A DNA stretch of 64,000 bases from Kiritimatiellia bacterium. Lineage in GTDB: Bacteria; Verrucomicrobiota; Kiritimatiellia; RFP12; UBA1067. The position numbers were made by a program, and so were the translations under genes. Below the pieces are notes generated by a model, which saw only the letters and a program-made list of their open reading frames with translations, was not told where the DNA came from and did no database searches. Below are positions 27,601-34,685 of the stretch, piece after piece (positions within the stretch are counted from its first letter, which is position 1; each line of letters starts with the position of its first letter). Location: contig JAZQOS010000075.1 of assembly GCA_045627925.1 (NCBI GenBank), positions 4,938-68,937 of the forward strand, given 5' to 3'.

Positions 27601-27934
27601 TCACCGAAGTGAGAGAGCTGCAATCCACAAACGCCCCAAGGCCGATACTCGTCACGCTCGATGGTATCGTCACCGAGGTGAGAGAGCTGCAATCTACAGA
27701 AAACGCCCCGATCTGAATGCTCGTTACTGGACAACCGCCCAAGATAGAGGGAATGGTTATCGCGCCAGTGGTTGTCGTCGGAACGGCTGGCGACGAACTC
27801 GTTTCGCCGCCAATGCTCGCCTCACCATTGTTGATGGTATATTTCCATGTGATGCCAGTATTTGGATCCGTCCAAGTGTCGGCAAGAACACTAACCGACA
27901 TTACGGCAAACAGCATCGCAACAATCTTTTTCAT
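21653..27934 (-). CDS. Giant secreted surface protein: six BspA-type leucine-rich-repeat super-modules, two tandem ~156-aa domains, and a ~590-aa beta-helix-like C-terminal region
   Basis: 2093 aa from the MKKIVAMLFAVMSVSVLA signal peptide. There are dozens of C.SLTSVTIPSSVTSIG..AF.GC units. The start is placed at 27934 rather than the ORF-track start at 28003. Confidence 0.9.
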   Translation of the reverse strand: MKKIVAMLFAVMSVSVLADTWTDPNTGITWKYTINNGEASIGGETSSSPAVPTTTTGAITIPSILGGCPVTSIQIGAFSVDCSSLTSVTIPSSVTSIGLGAFVDCSSLTSVTILEGVTSIGSEAFSGCSSLASVMIPSSVTSIGIFAFDGCSGLKTVYVSSGDANRVKGLMTKTGIGVNALEFMEFKSDGGPYTQEVDGIVFTYMVKNCKASVGGGSYLLPAVPTATKGAITIPSSLGGYPVTSINEDAFYNCSALISVIIPTSVTSIGDYAFFGCSGLKTVCVSFGDTERVKGLMMGKGIDVNALNFEELKKPDGGPYTEEVDGVVWTYMVKNGEASVGGTGLSPAVPAATKGAITIPSFLGGCPVTSIGEYAFFGCNSLTSVTIPPSVTSIGSSVFRGCISLTSVTIPSSVTSIGNLAFFDCSGLETVYVSFGDTGRVKGLMTGKGVDVNTLNFVEIKPDGGPYTEEVDGIEWTYMVANGEASVGGGTYDLTAISKSTIGEITIPSTLGGCLVTGIGDYAFFDCGELTSVTIPSSVTRIGDWAFGYCYGLGSVEIPSSVTSIGDWAFNGCYELTSVTIPSSVTSIGKGAFNECRGVVSVTISEGVTSIGEAAFWGCSMTSVAIPASVTSIGEDAFMCCAGLTNIDVDPANGHYCSIDGVLYDKDVTELIRCPSVKALVTIPSSVISIGKAALWGCSMTSIEIPSGVTSIGVGAFCWCEGLTSIVIPPSVTSIGEGAFEECSGLKTVYVQEGDTDRVKGLMANSGFDVDTLEFVEPMPNGGPYTEVVDGIEWTYMVKNGEASVGGGTSSSPAVPTTTEGEITIPSTLGRRLVTGIGDYAFYGCSGLTSVTIPSSVTSIGEGAFRGCSGLTSVTIPSSVTSIGYTAFSGCSGFTSFVVEEDNPEYSARNNMLCSKDGKTLIAGVNGDVVIPDCVTIIGDYAFFGCGELTSVTIPTSVTSIGDSAFYDCSGLTSVTIPTSVMSIGVCAFYGCSGLTSITIPSSVTSIGGYAFFGCSGLERVYVQPGDVKRVKGLMTGKGKDVDTLEFVELKNPDGGPYKQDVDGVEWTYMVANGEASVGGGAFDSHAIDQFTYYGPITIPSSLGGCPVTSIGAGAFADCGGIRWMTIPSGITSIGASAFKGCSGLISVTIPTSVTSIGAGAFEGCGILETVYVRSGDVDRVKALMTGKGVDVEALEFMEDFTITCATTDDGNCNFGDDKAKFCLQPSDGLPAGTEVKINQITIAQAPSGDNDNVQKIKFTIDGVDYVSEVVDKSQGNWNWAGNNRVKRVYVFTDGPTIEVGRRYGSAVTWLNGSNDSVTPRFCATQDTNRFFGASATGGRYTPASILDVTKVGALECITITCATTNDGNCNFGDNKAKFCLQPSDELPAGTEVRINQITIAQSKDNNDDVKKIKLTIDGVDYVSETVDKSQGNWTWTGEARVKRIYAFTDGPTVVVGKAYDSAVTWLNGSNESVTPRFCATQDSNRFFGASATGGRYTPASILEGTIVSTAKVYEGTISGNQIEWDVEPPIGGGSQCIVRLTVEGENTWTIDKQTTFASVVLTGDEMAKLTIAGAELLSVESFSLDDFAGSITHIYDVTNGFVADEPLLGRIAGAVGNEKFVFNGEGEHGAALAFGQTPDPIKCHLVFNGGKHTMDYRRGNGQSQPFGQNGSLENPTILVKSGTTLDFTAKDISYWGGDVDVGGVVRVNDGGTLNLLQNGSDTMFYRQRLCIDPGALVTFNCAAKNQGAGMESSFRWHGGAVKGSEQIYVPASDTDMTGKPAIIRQLGVGGFHLAMDETIGCAMYVGKNSKLVFDCDFTEAANNSAVLVKYGEGEFEIAEGRTITADFNAQEGIVSLADEARFRHFTASDEVAYSYARPAAEDVTGRIRELVGVPFLGVDGQAVTLDGFVETSDLTEGDQIFIYDKATKGYFAYALGDDDPVKKWHAMKTISASGDVISGTSAPDASTVRLPVGTAVWLERADATKPIRFIGIPFEGELDLGLEVGNNLVSAPGIEPFNLANIAGNAEGDRIVLPRIGQEPKIFTRGASGWSYLENKIITIGEEMIAVPTKVTDPDLMTIPAGTGFWYEKKAAL
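23431..24345 (-). repeat. Tandem duplication (2 x ~468-471 bp) inside the giant gene
   Basis: 23431-23898 and 23899 to about 24340 align base by base at roughly 85-90% identity by eye. They encode ITCATT(D/N)DGNCNFGD...GGRYTPASIL twice. Confidence 0.85.
24346..27800 (-). repeat. LRR coding repeats (~69-bp/23-aa unit) nested in six larger modules
   Basis: A recurrent string resembling ccaatgctcgtcacgctcgatggaatcgtcaccgaggtgag recurs. Each protein module starts (D/N)GGPY..VDG..WTYMV.NGEASVGG and ends TVYV..GD..RVKGLM..G.DV..L.F. Confidence 0.85.
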
Positions 27935-28297
27935 ACCTCTGCTCCTCTTCCGCGCTTTGTTTAATGCAACACCACCCTCGCGCAGAAAAGAAGAGTGGCG
28001 CACTCATGCTATCAATGTCTTAAGAGGGGCACGGTCAAGAGCCCAAGGAAAAACACTAATAGAGAATGCGCCACGTAATTACACGTGACGCGTTCCCGTA
28101 TCCCGCTTTTCCTTTAGAAATTTGACCGTTTCTCTTAAAGCTCGATACGTGAACGACGTTCACTGGCTACGCTTCGGACTTGCGCCCTTATTCGCAACCT
28201 CGTCCAAAACCACTGCGGCATCTTGAACGGCTCATCACCCTCCTCCCTTTCGGGATTCCGGCGACCAAAGGTGGATTTCTCCCCACAGAACGTCGCA

Positions 28298-28327
28298 ATT
28301 ATATCAAACCGACTTCGCGCAAGTCAA
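28298..28327 (-). promoter_or_regulatory. Sigma-70-type promoter for the giant gene (TTGACT-18-TGaTATAAT)
   Basis: The reverse complement reads TTGACT tgcgcgaagtcggtt TGA TATAAT. It lies immediately downstream of the terminator hairpin and implies a leader of about 355 nt. Confidence 0.6.
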
Positions 28328-28330
28328 CCA

Positions 28331-28377
28331 CCCAAAAATAAGTAGCCCGGAAAGCCGCCGAGCGCCTTTCCGGCTAC
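28331..28377 (-). terminator. Rho-independent terminator (minus strand)
   Basis: The reverse complement is GTAGCCGGAAAGG-cgctcggcgg-CTTTCCGGGCTAC followed by TTATTTTTGGG. Confidence 0.7.
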
Positions 28378-28477
28378 GGCGGGTTATTAAAACGTCTATA
28401 GTGCGACAAAATGTCGCAGTTTTGGCGTTTTTCAGCTCTCTCCGACCGCTTGCAAACGTCCGCCCGAGCAGTCGGCC

Positions 28478-28630
28478 ATGTCCATATATGGAGACATCAA
28501 TCTCCAAGTATGGACCCCCTCCATGTCCATGTATGGACACGCCGATCTCCATGTATGGACACCTACCATGTCCTAGTATGGACATTGCAATCTCCATACT
28601 TGGAGATTTACATGTCCATATATGGAGATT
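28478..28630. repeat. Seven near-palindromic 12-bp cores (TCCAwrTATGGA) phased 22-23 bp, equal to about 3.4 copies of a 45-bp tandem repeat
   Basis: Cores start at 28481, 28503, 28526, 28548, 28571, 28593 and 28616. TCCATATATGGA is perfect at the first and last. The whole array has approximate dyad symmetry about unit 4. Confidence 0.85.
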
Positions 28631-28666
28631 CGCCCCTCTCGCCAGTGATGTCTTGCTCCAAGGCGC

Positions 28667-29467
28667 CTACTCGAGCTCTTTGCCGATCTTCGGCACGGCG
28701 GCCATCAAGGTGCGGGTGTATTCTTCGCGAGGATTCTTGAGTACCTCGGCGCAAGAACCGCTTTCGACGATCTTGCCCTTGTTCATTACGATTATCCGAT
28801 CGGCAATATGCTGAACGACGCCGATATCGTGAGTAATGAAGAGGAAGGAGAGCGAAAGCTCCTTTTTGAGCTCGCCCAAAAGTTCGAGGACTTGGGCGCG
28901 AATCGAAAGGTCGAGCGCCGAAACCGCCTCGTCGCAAATGAGGAGTTCGGGCTTAAGCGCAATCGCCCGCGCGATGCAGATGCGCTGACGCTGGCCGCCC
29001 GAGAATTCGTGGGGGTAGCGGTCGAGGAAGTTCTCCGGCAAGTTAACGCTCTTAAGTAGCTCCGCCGCGCGAGCGCGACGATCCGCCTTGGTGCAAAGCC
29101 CGTGATAGAGCATCCCCTCGGTCAAAATTTCGAGAATCGTATGGCGCGGGTTGAGCGAGGCCTGAGGGTCTTGGAAGACGACTTGCACCTTGCGGTGGTA
29201 TTCGAGCGAATTCCAGTCCTTGACGTTCTTGCCGTTGAAGAAGATTTCGCCGCCGCACGGCTTGTTAAGCCCCAATATCGCGCGGCTCGTAGTGGACTTG
29301 CCGCAGCCCGACTCGCCCACGACGCCCAGCGTTTCGCCGCGCTTAAGGTCGAAGGAAATGTCGTCCACCGCCTTCACGTATCCGGTAACGCGGCTAAAGA
29401 TTCCCTTCTTGATCGGGAAATGCACTTTAAGATTACGTACCTCGAGAATATTAGCTTTTGAATCCAT
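28667..29467 (-). CDS. ABC transporter ATP-binding protein (oligopeptide/dipeptide OppF/DppF type)
   Basis: Walker A is GESGCGKST. Signature is FSGGQRQR. Walker B is LLICDEAVSALD. No permease or binding-protein gene is adjacent. Confidence 0.85.
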   Translation of the reverse strand: MDSKANILEVRNLKVHFPIKKGIFSRVTGYVKAVDDISFDLKRGETLGVVGESGCGKSTTSRAILGLNKPCGGEIFFNGKNVKDWNSLEYHRKVQVVFQDPQASLNPRHTILEILTEGMLYHGLCTKADRRARAAELLKSVNLPENFLDRYPHEFSGGQRQRICIARAIALKPELLICDEAVSALDLSIRAQVLELLGELKKELSLSFLFITHDIGVVQHIADRIIVMNKGKIVESGSCAEVLKNPREEYTRTLMAAVPKIGKELE

Positions 29468-31040
29468 CGATAATCGTTCCGTGAGTGGTTTTGGACATTC
29501 TGGGATAATCGAGCGTGTAGTGGAGCCCGCGCGACTCGTGGCGCTTCAGGGCGCTTTTGACGATTAGCTCGGCGCACACCGCGAGATTGCGCAACTCCAG
29601 CGTATCGGGCGTCACGAGATAGCGGAAGTAGTAGTCGCGAATCTCCTTGCGCAGCGTTTTGAGCCGATGGGCGGCGCGAGCGAGGCGCTTGTTGGTGCGG
29701 ACGATGCCGACGTAGTCCCACATGAGCCGGCGAATCTCGTCCCACATGTGCGAAACCAAGACCGCTTCGTCGGGCGGGACGGCGTTGCCGATCTTCCACG
29801 CGGGAATCGCCGGCAGACGCTTCGAAAACTTCTCCGGATGGGGTCCGAGCCGCGCCGCGCAAAGCCGCGCGCAGACGAGCGCCTCCATCAGCGAATTGGA
29901 CGCGAGGCGATTCGCGCCGTGAAGCCCCGTCGAGGCGCACTCGCCGATTGCGGAAAGCCCGCGAATCGTGGTTTCGCCGTCCACTTTCGCCTTAATTCCT
30001 CCGCACGCGTAATGCGCCGCCGGCACCACGGGTATCAGGTCCTTCGCCATGTCGATGCCGAATTCGAGGCACTTGTGGTAGATGTTGGGGAAGCGCTCCT
30101 TGAGATACGCGCGGCCTTTCTTGCGAATATCGAGGAAGACGCAATCGTCGCCCGTGCGCTTCATCTCCGAGTCGATCGACCGCGCGACGATATCGCGGGG
30201 CGCGAGCGAGCCGCGCGGATCGTACTTCTTCATAAACGGCCGGTCGTGGCGATCGACCAGAATCGCGCCTTCGCCGCGCACCGCCTCGGAAATTAGGAAT
30301 CGCCGCGCGCGCGGATGGTAGAGGCAAGTCGGATGGAACTGAATAAACTCCATGTTCTCGATCTTCGCGCCCGCGCGCCAGGCAAGCGCGGCGCCATCGC
30401 CGGTGGCGCAATCGGGGTTGCAGGTATAGAGATAGACCTTGCCGCAGCCGCCGGTGGCGAGAATCGTGTTGGGCGAGCGAATCGCGTAGATTTCGCCGCT
30501 CGCCTTGTCCATAACGTACGCGCCGAGACACCGCCGCTCGCCCTTGACGCCGATGCGGTTGGACATAATGAGGTCGATGACGATCGTCTCTTCGCAAACC
30601 TCGACGTCGGTGGCGCGAAGACGGCGAATCATCGCCTTCTCGCACTTCTCGCCGGTAATATCGCCGGCGTGAAAGATGCGCCGCGCGGAGTGACCGCCCT
30701 CGCGCGTGAGGTCAAAGGAGCCGTCGCGCTTGCAGGAGAACTTGACGCCGCAATCGATTAGATCCTGAATCCCCTCCGGCGCGTGTTCGCAGATTTCGTG
30801 CACGACCTTGGAGTTGCCGAGCCAAGCGCCGGCGATCATCGTATCGCGCGCGTGCTTGTCGAAACTGTCGCTCTCGTCCATTACGCAGCAGATTCCGCCT
30901 TGCGCGAAATTGGTGTTGCAATCGTCGAGCGCGCCCTTGGTCGCGACCAGCACCTTGCCGTAGGAGGCGAGATGCAACGCGTTCATGAGTCCGGCCATAC
31001 CGGAACCCACTACGAAATAGTCGCAATCGACGATTCTCAC
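29451..31040 (-). CDS. nadB: L-aspartate oxidase
   Basis: FVVGSGMAGL FAD motif, TNFAQGGI..., and HPTCLY...LISEAVRGEGA. The likely start is GTG at 31040, overlapping the rnfG stop (GTGA). The ORF-track ATG at 31076 is an alternative. Confidence 0.88.
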   Translation of the reverse strand: MRIVDCDYFVVGSGMAGLMNALHLASYGKVLVATKGALDDCNTNFAQGGICCVMDESDSFDKHARDTMIAGAWLGNSKVVHEICEHAPEGIQDLIDCGVKFSCKRDGSFDLTREGGHSARRIFHAGDITGEKCEKAMIRRLRATDVEVCEETIVIDLIMSNRIGVKGERRCLGAYVMDKASGEIYAIRSPNTILATGGCGKVYLYTCNPDCATGDGAALAWRAGAKIENMEFIQFHPTCLYHPRARRFLISEAVRGEGAILVDRHDRPFMKKYDPRGSLAPRDIVARSIDSEMKRTGDDCVFLDIRKKGRAYLKERFPNIYHKCLEFGIDMAKDLIPVVPAAHYACGGIKAKVDGETTIRGLSAIGECASTGLHGANRLASNSLMEALVCARLCAARLGPHPEKFSKRLPAIPAWKIGNAVPPDEAVLVSHMWDEIRRLMWDYVGIVRTNKRLARAAHRLKTLRKEIRDYYFRYLVTPDTLELRNLAVCAELIVKSALKRHESRGLHYTLDYPRMSKTTHGTIIDGFKS

Positions 31041-31492
31041 TGCAAGTTGCGCTGCGCGTCGGCGATGGCCTCGCAAACCGCGCGGGAAGTAATGGTAGCG
31101 GAGGTAATCGCCTCGATCTCGCCGCCGTCCTTGCGAACTTTGAGCGATTGGCCGTCCTTGCCACGGAACTGATTCGCGAATTCCGGTGTCTTGAGCTTCA
31201 TTCCGAGCCCGGGAGTTTCCGCCGCCTCGAGTACGGTATAGGAGATAACCGTGCGCTTGTCTTCCTTAAAGCCGACCATGAGTACGATGTCGCCGCCATA
31301 GCCGTTCTTGCTACGGCCTTCGGCAGTAAAGCCCTTCTCGCCGCAAAGGACGGATATGCGAGCGCGTTCACGATTCTTCTCCGCCGTCGCCTTGATCGCG
31401 TCTTTGGTAAGCGTGTTGACGTAGGCGAGCACCGCGGCGCAAATTCCGCTGATGAGCGTAAGGCTTAATACCAATCCAAGGATCTTCTTCAT
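31037..31492 (-). CDS. rnfG: Rnf electron transport complex subunit G (FMN-binding)
   Basis: N-terminal anchor MKKILGLVLSLTLISGICAAVLA. ETPGLG. The flavinylation-type motif is ITSATITSRAV. Short, at 151 aa. Confidence 0.8.
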   Translation of the reverse strand: MKKILGLVLSLTLISGICAAVLAYVNTLTKDAIKATAEKNRERARISVLCGEKGFTAEGRSKNGYGGDIVLMVGFKEDKRTVISYTVLEAAETPGLGMKLKTPEFANQFRGKDGQSLKVRKDGGEIEAITSATITSRAVCEAIADAQRNLQ

Positions 31493-31532
31493 ATCTTCAC
31501 CTTTATCTTCATCTTCAACTTCGACTTCACCT

Positions 31533-32486
31533 TCACCCGCGAGCCCCGAAGGGCTTGGGCTGCGTCCAGCGATTCACGAGCGGACAAACGGCGTTCATAA
31601 TCAGAATCGCGAAGCTGCAACCCTCGGGATAGGAACCGAACTCGCGAATCAGCATGCAAAGAAGCCCGCAGCCGCACCCGAAAATGAGCTTGCCGAGCGA
31701 AGTCGTCGGACTCGTAACATAATCCGTCGCCATGAAAAACGCTCCGATCATCACGCCGCCCGTGAGAATTTCGACATGCGCCGGAGCGCGACCCGAAATG
31801 AGCGCGTAAACGGCCACCGTCGCGAGAAACGCGAACGGAATGTGCCAAGTAATGACCTTGCGGACGAGCAGATACGCGGCTCCGAGCGCAAGCGCAATCG
31901 CCGATACTTCGCCGATGCAGCCCGGCATTTCGCCAATCAGCAATTTCGTAAGTTCCGGAACTTCGGCGAGCTTACCGCTCTTAACGAACGCGAGCGGAGT
32001 CGCCGAGGTCATCGCTTCCGGGTCAAGCCACCAAAGCGGCTTGAGCCAAGTCGTCATCGGGCCGGTAAACGAAATGAGCATGAACGCGCGCGCTGCGAGC
32101 GCGGGATTAAAGGGATTCATGCCGAGCCCGCCGAAGACTTGTTTGGCGACGAAAATCGCGAAGATAGAGCCGACTACCGCCATCCAAAGCGGGATGCCGG
32201 CGGGAAGGTTGAGCGCCAACAATAGTCCCGTCACCACCGCCGAAAAATCCCCGAGCGTACTTTCACGGCGCATGGCGAGCCGGCACACCGCCTCGGTAAC
32301 GATGCAAGTCGAAACGCAAGTCGCGATCGTCCACACCGCCGGCATGCCGAAAAACCAGATTCCCGCCGCCGTCGTGGGCAAAAGCGCGATGATGACGTCG
32401 AGCATGATGCGCGAAACGCCGACCGGCGAGTGCGCGTGGGGGCTGGAGCTCAAAATGAAATGCTCGAGCGATTCCTTCGGTTTCAT
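31533..32486 (-). CDS. rnfD: Rnf electron transport complex subunit D
   Basis: From the Met at 32486: SSPHAHSP.....IMLDVIIALLP...GGLGMNPFNPALAARAF...ATPL... is typical of RnfD/NqrB. Confidence 0.88.
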   Translation of the reverse strand: MKPKESLEHFILSSSPHAHSPVGVSRIMLDVIIALLPTTAAGIWFFGMPAVWTIATCVSTCIVTEAVCRLAMRRESTLGDFSAVVTGLLLALNLPAGIPLWMAVVGSIFAIFVAKQVFGGLGMNPFNPALAARAFMLISFTGPMTTWLKPLWWLDPEAMTSATPLAFVKSGKLAEVPELTKLLIGEMPGCIGEVSAIALALGAAYLLVRKVITWHIPFAFLATVAVYALISGRAPAHVEILTGGVMIGAFFMATDYVTSPTTSLGKLIFGCGCGLLCMLIREFGSYPEGCSFAILIMNAVCPLVNRWTQPKPFGARG

Positions 32487-33856
32487 TACTTCGCCTCCTT
32501 CGCCTTTTGCGCCGCCGCCTTCTCTGCGGCAATGCGCGCGCGAATCGAATTCTTGGCGCGCCGGCAGAACTGCACGATCGGACGGCGCGAGGGACACGAA
32601 AACGCGCACGCCCCGCACTCGATGCAAGTCATTACGTGGCAATCCTCGGCACCCTTCATGTCGTCGGCCTCCACCGACTTGGAGATCTCCGCCGGATTGA
32701 GCTTCATCGGGCAGGCGCGAACGCAACGCCCGCAATTGATGCACGCGCCGCTCGCGTACTGGAAAACGCTCTTCTTGGAAAGGAGCAGCAAGCCCGAAGT
32801 CGTCTTGGTCGTCGCGACATCGAGATTCGGAACCGCGAAACCCATCATCGTGCCGCCGGAAATCACCTTCGCGGGCGGTTCCTTCGTGCCACCGCAGAAC
32901 GCGACGAGATCGCGATAGTACGCGCCGACCGGCGCGAGCACATTCTTGGGCGAGACGACCGCGTCGCCGCTAACCGTCGTCACTCGCTCGACGAGCGGCA
33001 AGCCCGCCTCGACCGCGTCGGCGATCGCCGCCACCGTTCCCACGTTCTCGACCACGCACCCGACGTCAATCGGCAGGGCCGGCGGCTCGGGGACGATGCG
33101 TCCCACCGTCGCGTAAATCTGGTGCTTCTCGCTGCCTTGCGGATACAAAACCGGCAAAACCACGATCTCGACGTTACCCTCGATGTCCGCGAACGCCTTT
33201 TCCAGCGCGGCAATCGCCTCCGGCTTGTTCGCCTCGACCGCGATGCGCACCGCAGGTCCGCCGAGAATCTTGCGCATAATCTCGACGCCGACGCGAATTC
33301 GATCCGCCCTTTCCAGCATTACGCGGAAGTCTGCGGTGAGATACGGCTCGCACTCCGCGCCATTGAGAATCAAATATTCGCAACGCTTGCCGGGCGGCGG
33401 GTTGAGTTTCACCGCCGAAGGGAAGCCCGCTCCGCCCATTCCGCAAATTCCCGCTTCCTCGATGCGCTTTAAAATCTCCTCGCGCGTCGCCGTCCGCCAA
33501 TCGAGCGGCGGCAGCGTCTCAAATTCCGTGTTCGCGGGATCGACGCTCAAAATGACCGCATCGGACATTCCGCCCGCAGGCCCGAGCCGCTTTTCGATCG
33601 CCTTGACCGTGCCCGAGGCGCTCGCGCGAACACAAACCGAAATGAAACCGTTCTTCTCGCCGATCAGCTGGCCCTTCTTAATCGTGTCACCGACCTTGAC
33701 CAAGCACTTCGCCGGCGCGCCAAGATGCTGACTCATCGAAAGTGCCAGTTCAGCCGGCATCGGCAACCGCTCAATCGCCGACGCGCGCGCGAGTTCCTTG
33801 TTATACGGCGGATGCACGCCGCCGTGAAACTTGAATCGGCTCTTTACTGTCTTCAT
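32486..33856 (-). CDS. rnfC: Rnf electron transport complex subunit C
   Basis: From the Met at 33856: FKFHGGVHPP...GMGGAGFP... The C-terminus has two ferredoxin motifs, CINCGRCVRACP and CIECGACAFSCP. Confidence 0.9.
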   Translation of the reverse strand: MKTVKSRFKFHGGVHPPYNKELARASAIERLPMPAELALSMSQHLGAPAKCLVKVGDTIKKGQLIGEKNGFISVCVRASASGTVKAIEKRLGPAGGMSDAVILSVDPANTEFETLPPLDWRTATREEILKRIEEAGICGMGGAGFPSAVKLNPPPGKRCEYLILNGAECEPYLTADFRVMLERADRIRVGVEIMRKILGGPAVRIAVEANKPEAIAALEKAFADIEGNVEIVVLPVLYPQGSEKHQIYATVGRIVPEPPALPIDVGCVVENVGTVAAIADAVEAGLPLVERVTTVSGDAVVSPKNVLAPVGAYYRDLVAFCGGTKEPPAKVISGGTMMGFAVPNLDVATTKTTSGLLLLSKKSVFQYASGACINCGRCVRACPMKLNPAEISKSVEADDMKGAEDCHVMTCIECGACAFSCPSRRPIVQFCRRAKNSIRARIAAEKAAAQKAKEAK

Positions 33857-33861
33857 GTGTT

Positions 33862-34671
33862 TCAGTTCCCGGTTTCGAAGTGGGGATCGACTCCGATGCA
33901 CTTGGCGGGGCATTTCGCCGCCAGCTGTTCGTCGGTCGGAGGATTTTGGTAGTTCACCTTCGCGAGAAAGCCCTCGAAAGTGAAATGGCCGGCTTCCTTG
34001 CCGCCGGAATTCTTCTCGCACAAGTGGCAGCCCATGCAACCGACGCCGCAGACCTTGCGCACTTCGGGGCCGCGCACCGGATTCGCGCACAAGACGTGAA
34101 TCGTCGCCGAAGCCGGCACGAGCTCGATCAAGTGGCGCGGGCAGACCTTGACGCACTTGCCGCAACCGATGCAAAGGCGCTTGTCCACTTTCGCAAGACC
34201 ATCCGCGATCGAAATCGCGTTCTTGGGGCAGACATTGGCGCACGCGCCGTAGCCGAGGCAACCGAACCGACATCCCTTGTCGCCGCCGGCGACGGAAGCG
34301 GCGACGCTGCAGTCGCAAATCCCGTTATAATCGCCGACGCGAATCGCCTCCGAACGAGTTCCGCAGCACTTTACGAGCGCGACCCGCTTCTCGGTCGCCG
34401 TCGCCGCGACGCCGAGAATCTTCGCGATTTCCGCCGCGCATTCCGCACCCCCGGCCGCGCAAGCGCCGTTCGGAGCGGTTCCGGCGACCAGCGCGCGAGC
34501 GTAGCCGTCGCAACCGGCGAATCCACACCCGCCGCAATTAGCTCCGGGAAGCGCCGCCGTTACGAGCCCGATGCGCGGATCTTCGCGCAATGAAAGATAC
34601 TTGTCGGCAATCGCCAACACAATCGCCGCCACCAGCCCGATTCCCGCTATCGTGATAATCGCCGTCGTCAT
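33862..34671 (-). CDS. rnfB: Rnf electron transport complex subunit B (polyferredoxin)
   Basis: N-terminal TM helix. LPGANCGGCGFAGCDGYA. Several CxxCxxCxxxCP clusters. Confidence 0.9.
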   Translation of the reverse strand: MTTAIITIAGIGLVAAIVLAIADKYLSLREDPRIGLVTAALPGANCGGCGFAGCDGYARALVAGTAPNGACAAGGAECAAEIAKILGVAATATEKRVALVKCCGTRSEAIRVGDYNGICDCSVAASVAGGDKGCRFGCLGYGACANVCPKNAISIADGLAKVDKRLCIGCGKCVKVCPRHLIELVPASATIHVLCANPVRGPEVRKVCGVGCMGCHLCEKNSGGKEAGHFTFEGFLAKVNYQNPPTDEQLAAKCPAKCIGVDPHFETGN

Positions 34672-34685
34672 CTTCGCCCCTCCGC

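Noticed and set aside
28402-28432. Plus-strand hairpin TGCGACA-aaa-TGTCGCA followed by a T-rich run, as a terminator
   Set aside because: The stem is only 7 bp, and no plus-strand gene lies upstream to terminate. It is probably incidental.
28304-28814. 97-aa and 137-aa ORFs with repeating HGxxPYMEI-type peptides
   Set aside because: The periodic peptides are a direct consequence of the 45-bp tandem DNA repeat. There is no RBS, and the ORFs overlap each other and the ABC ATPase gene. The region is treated as non-coding repeat.
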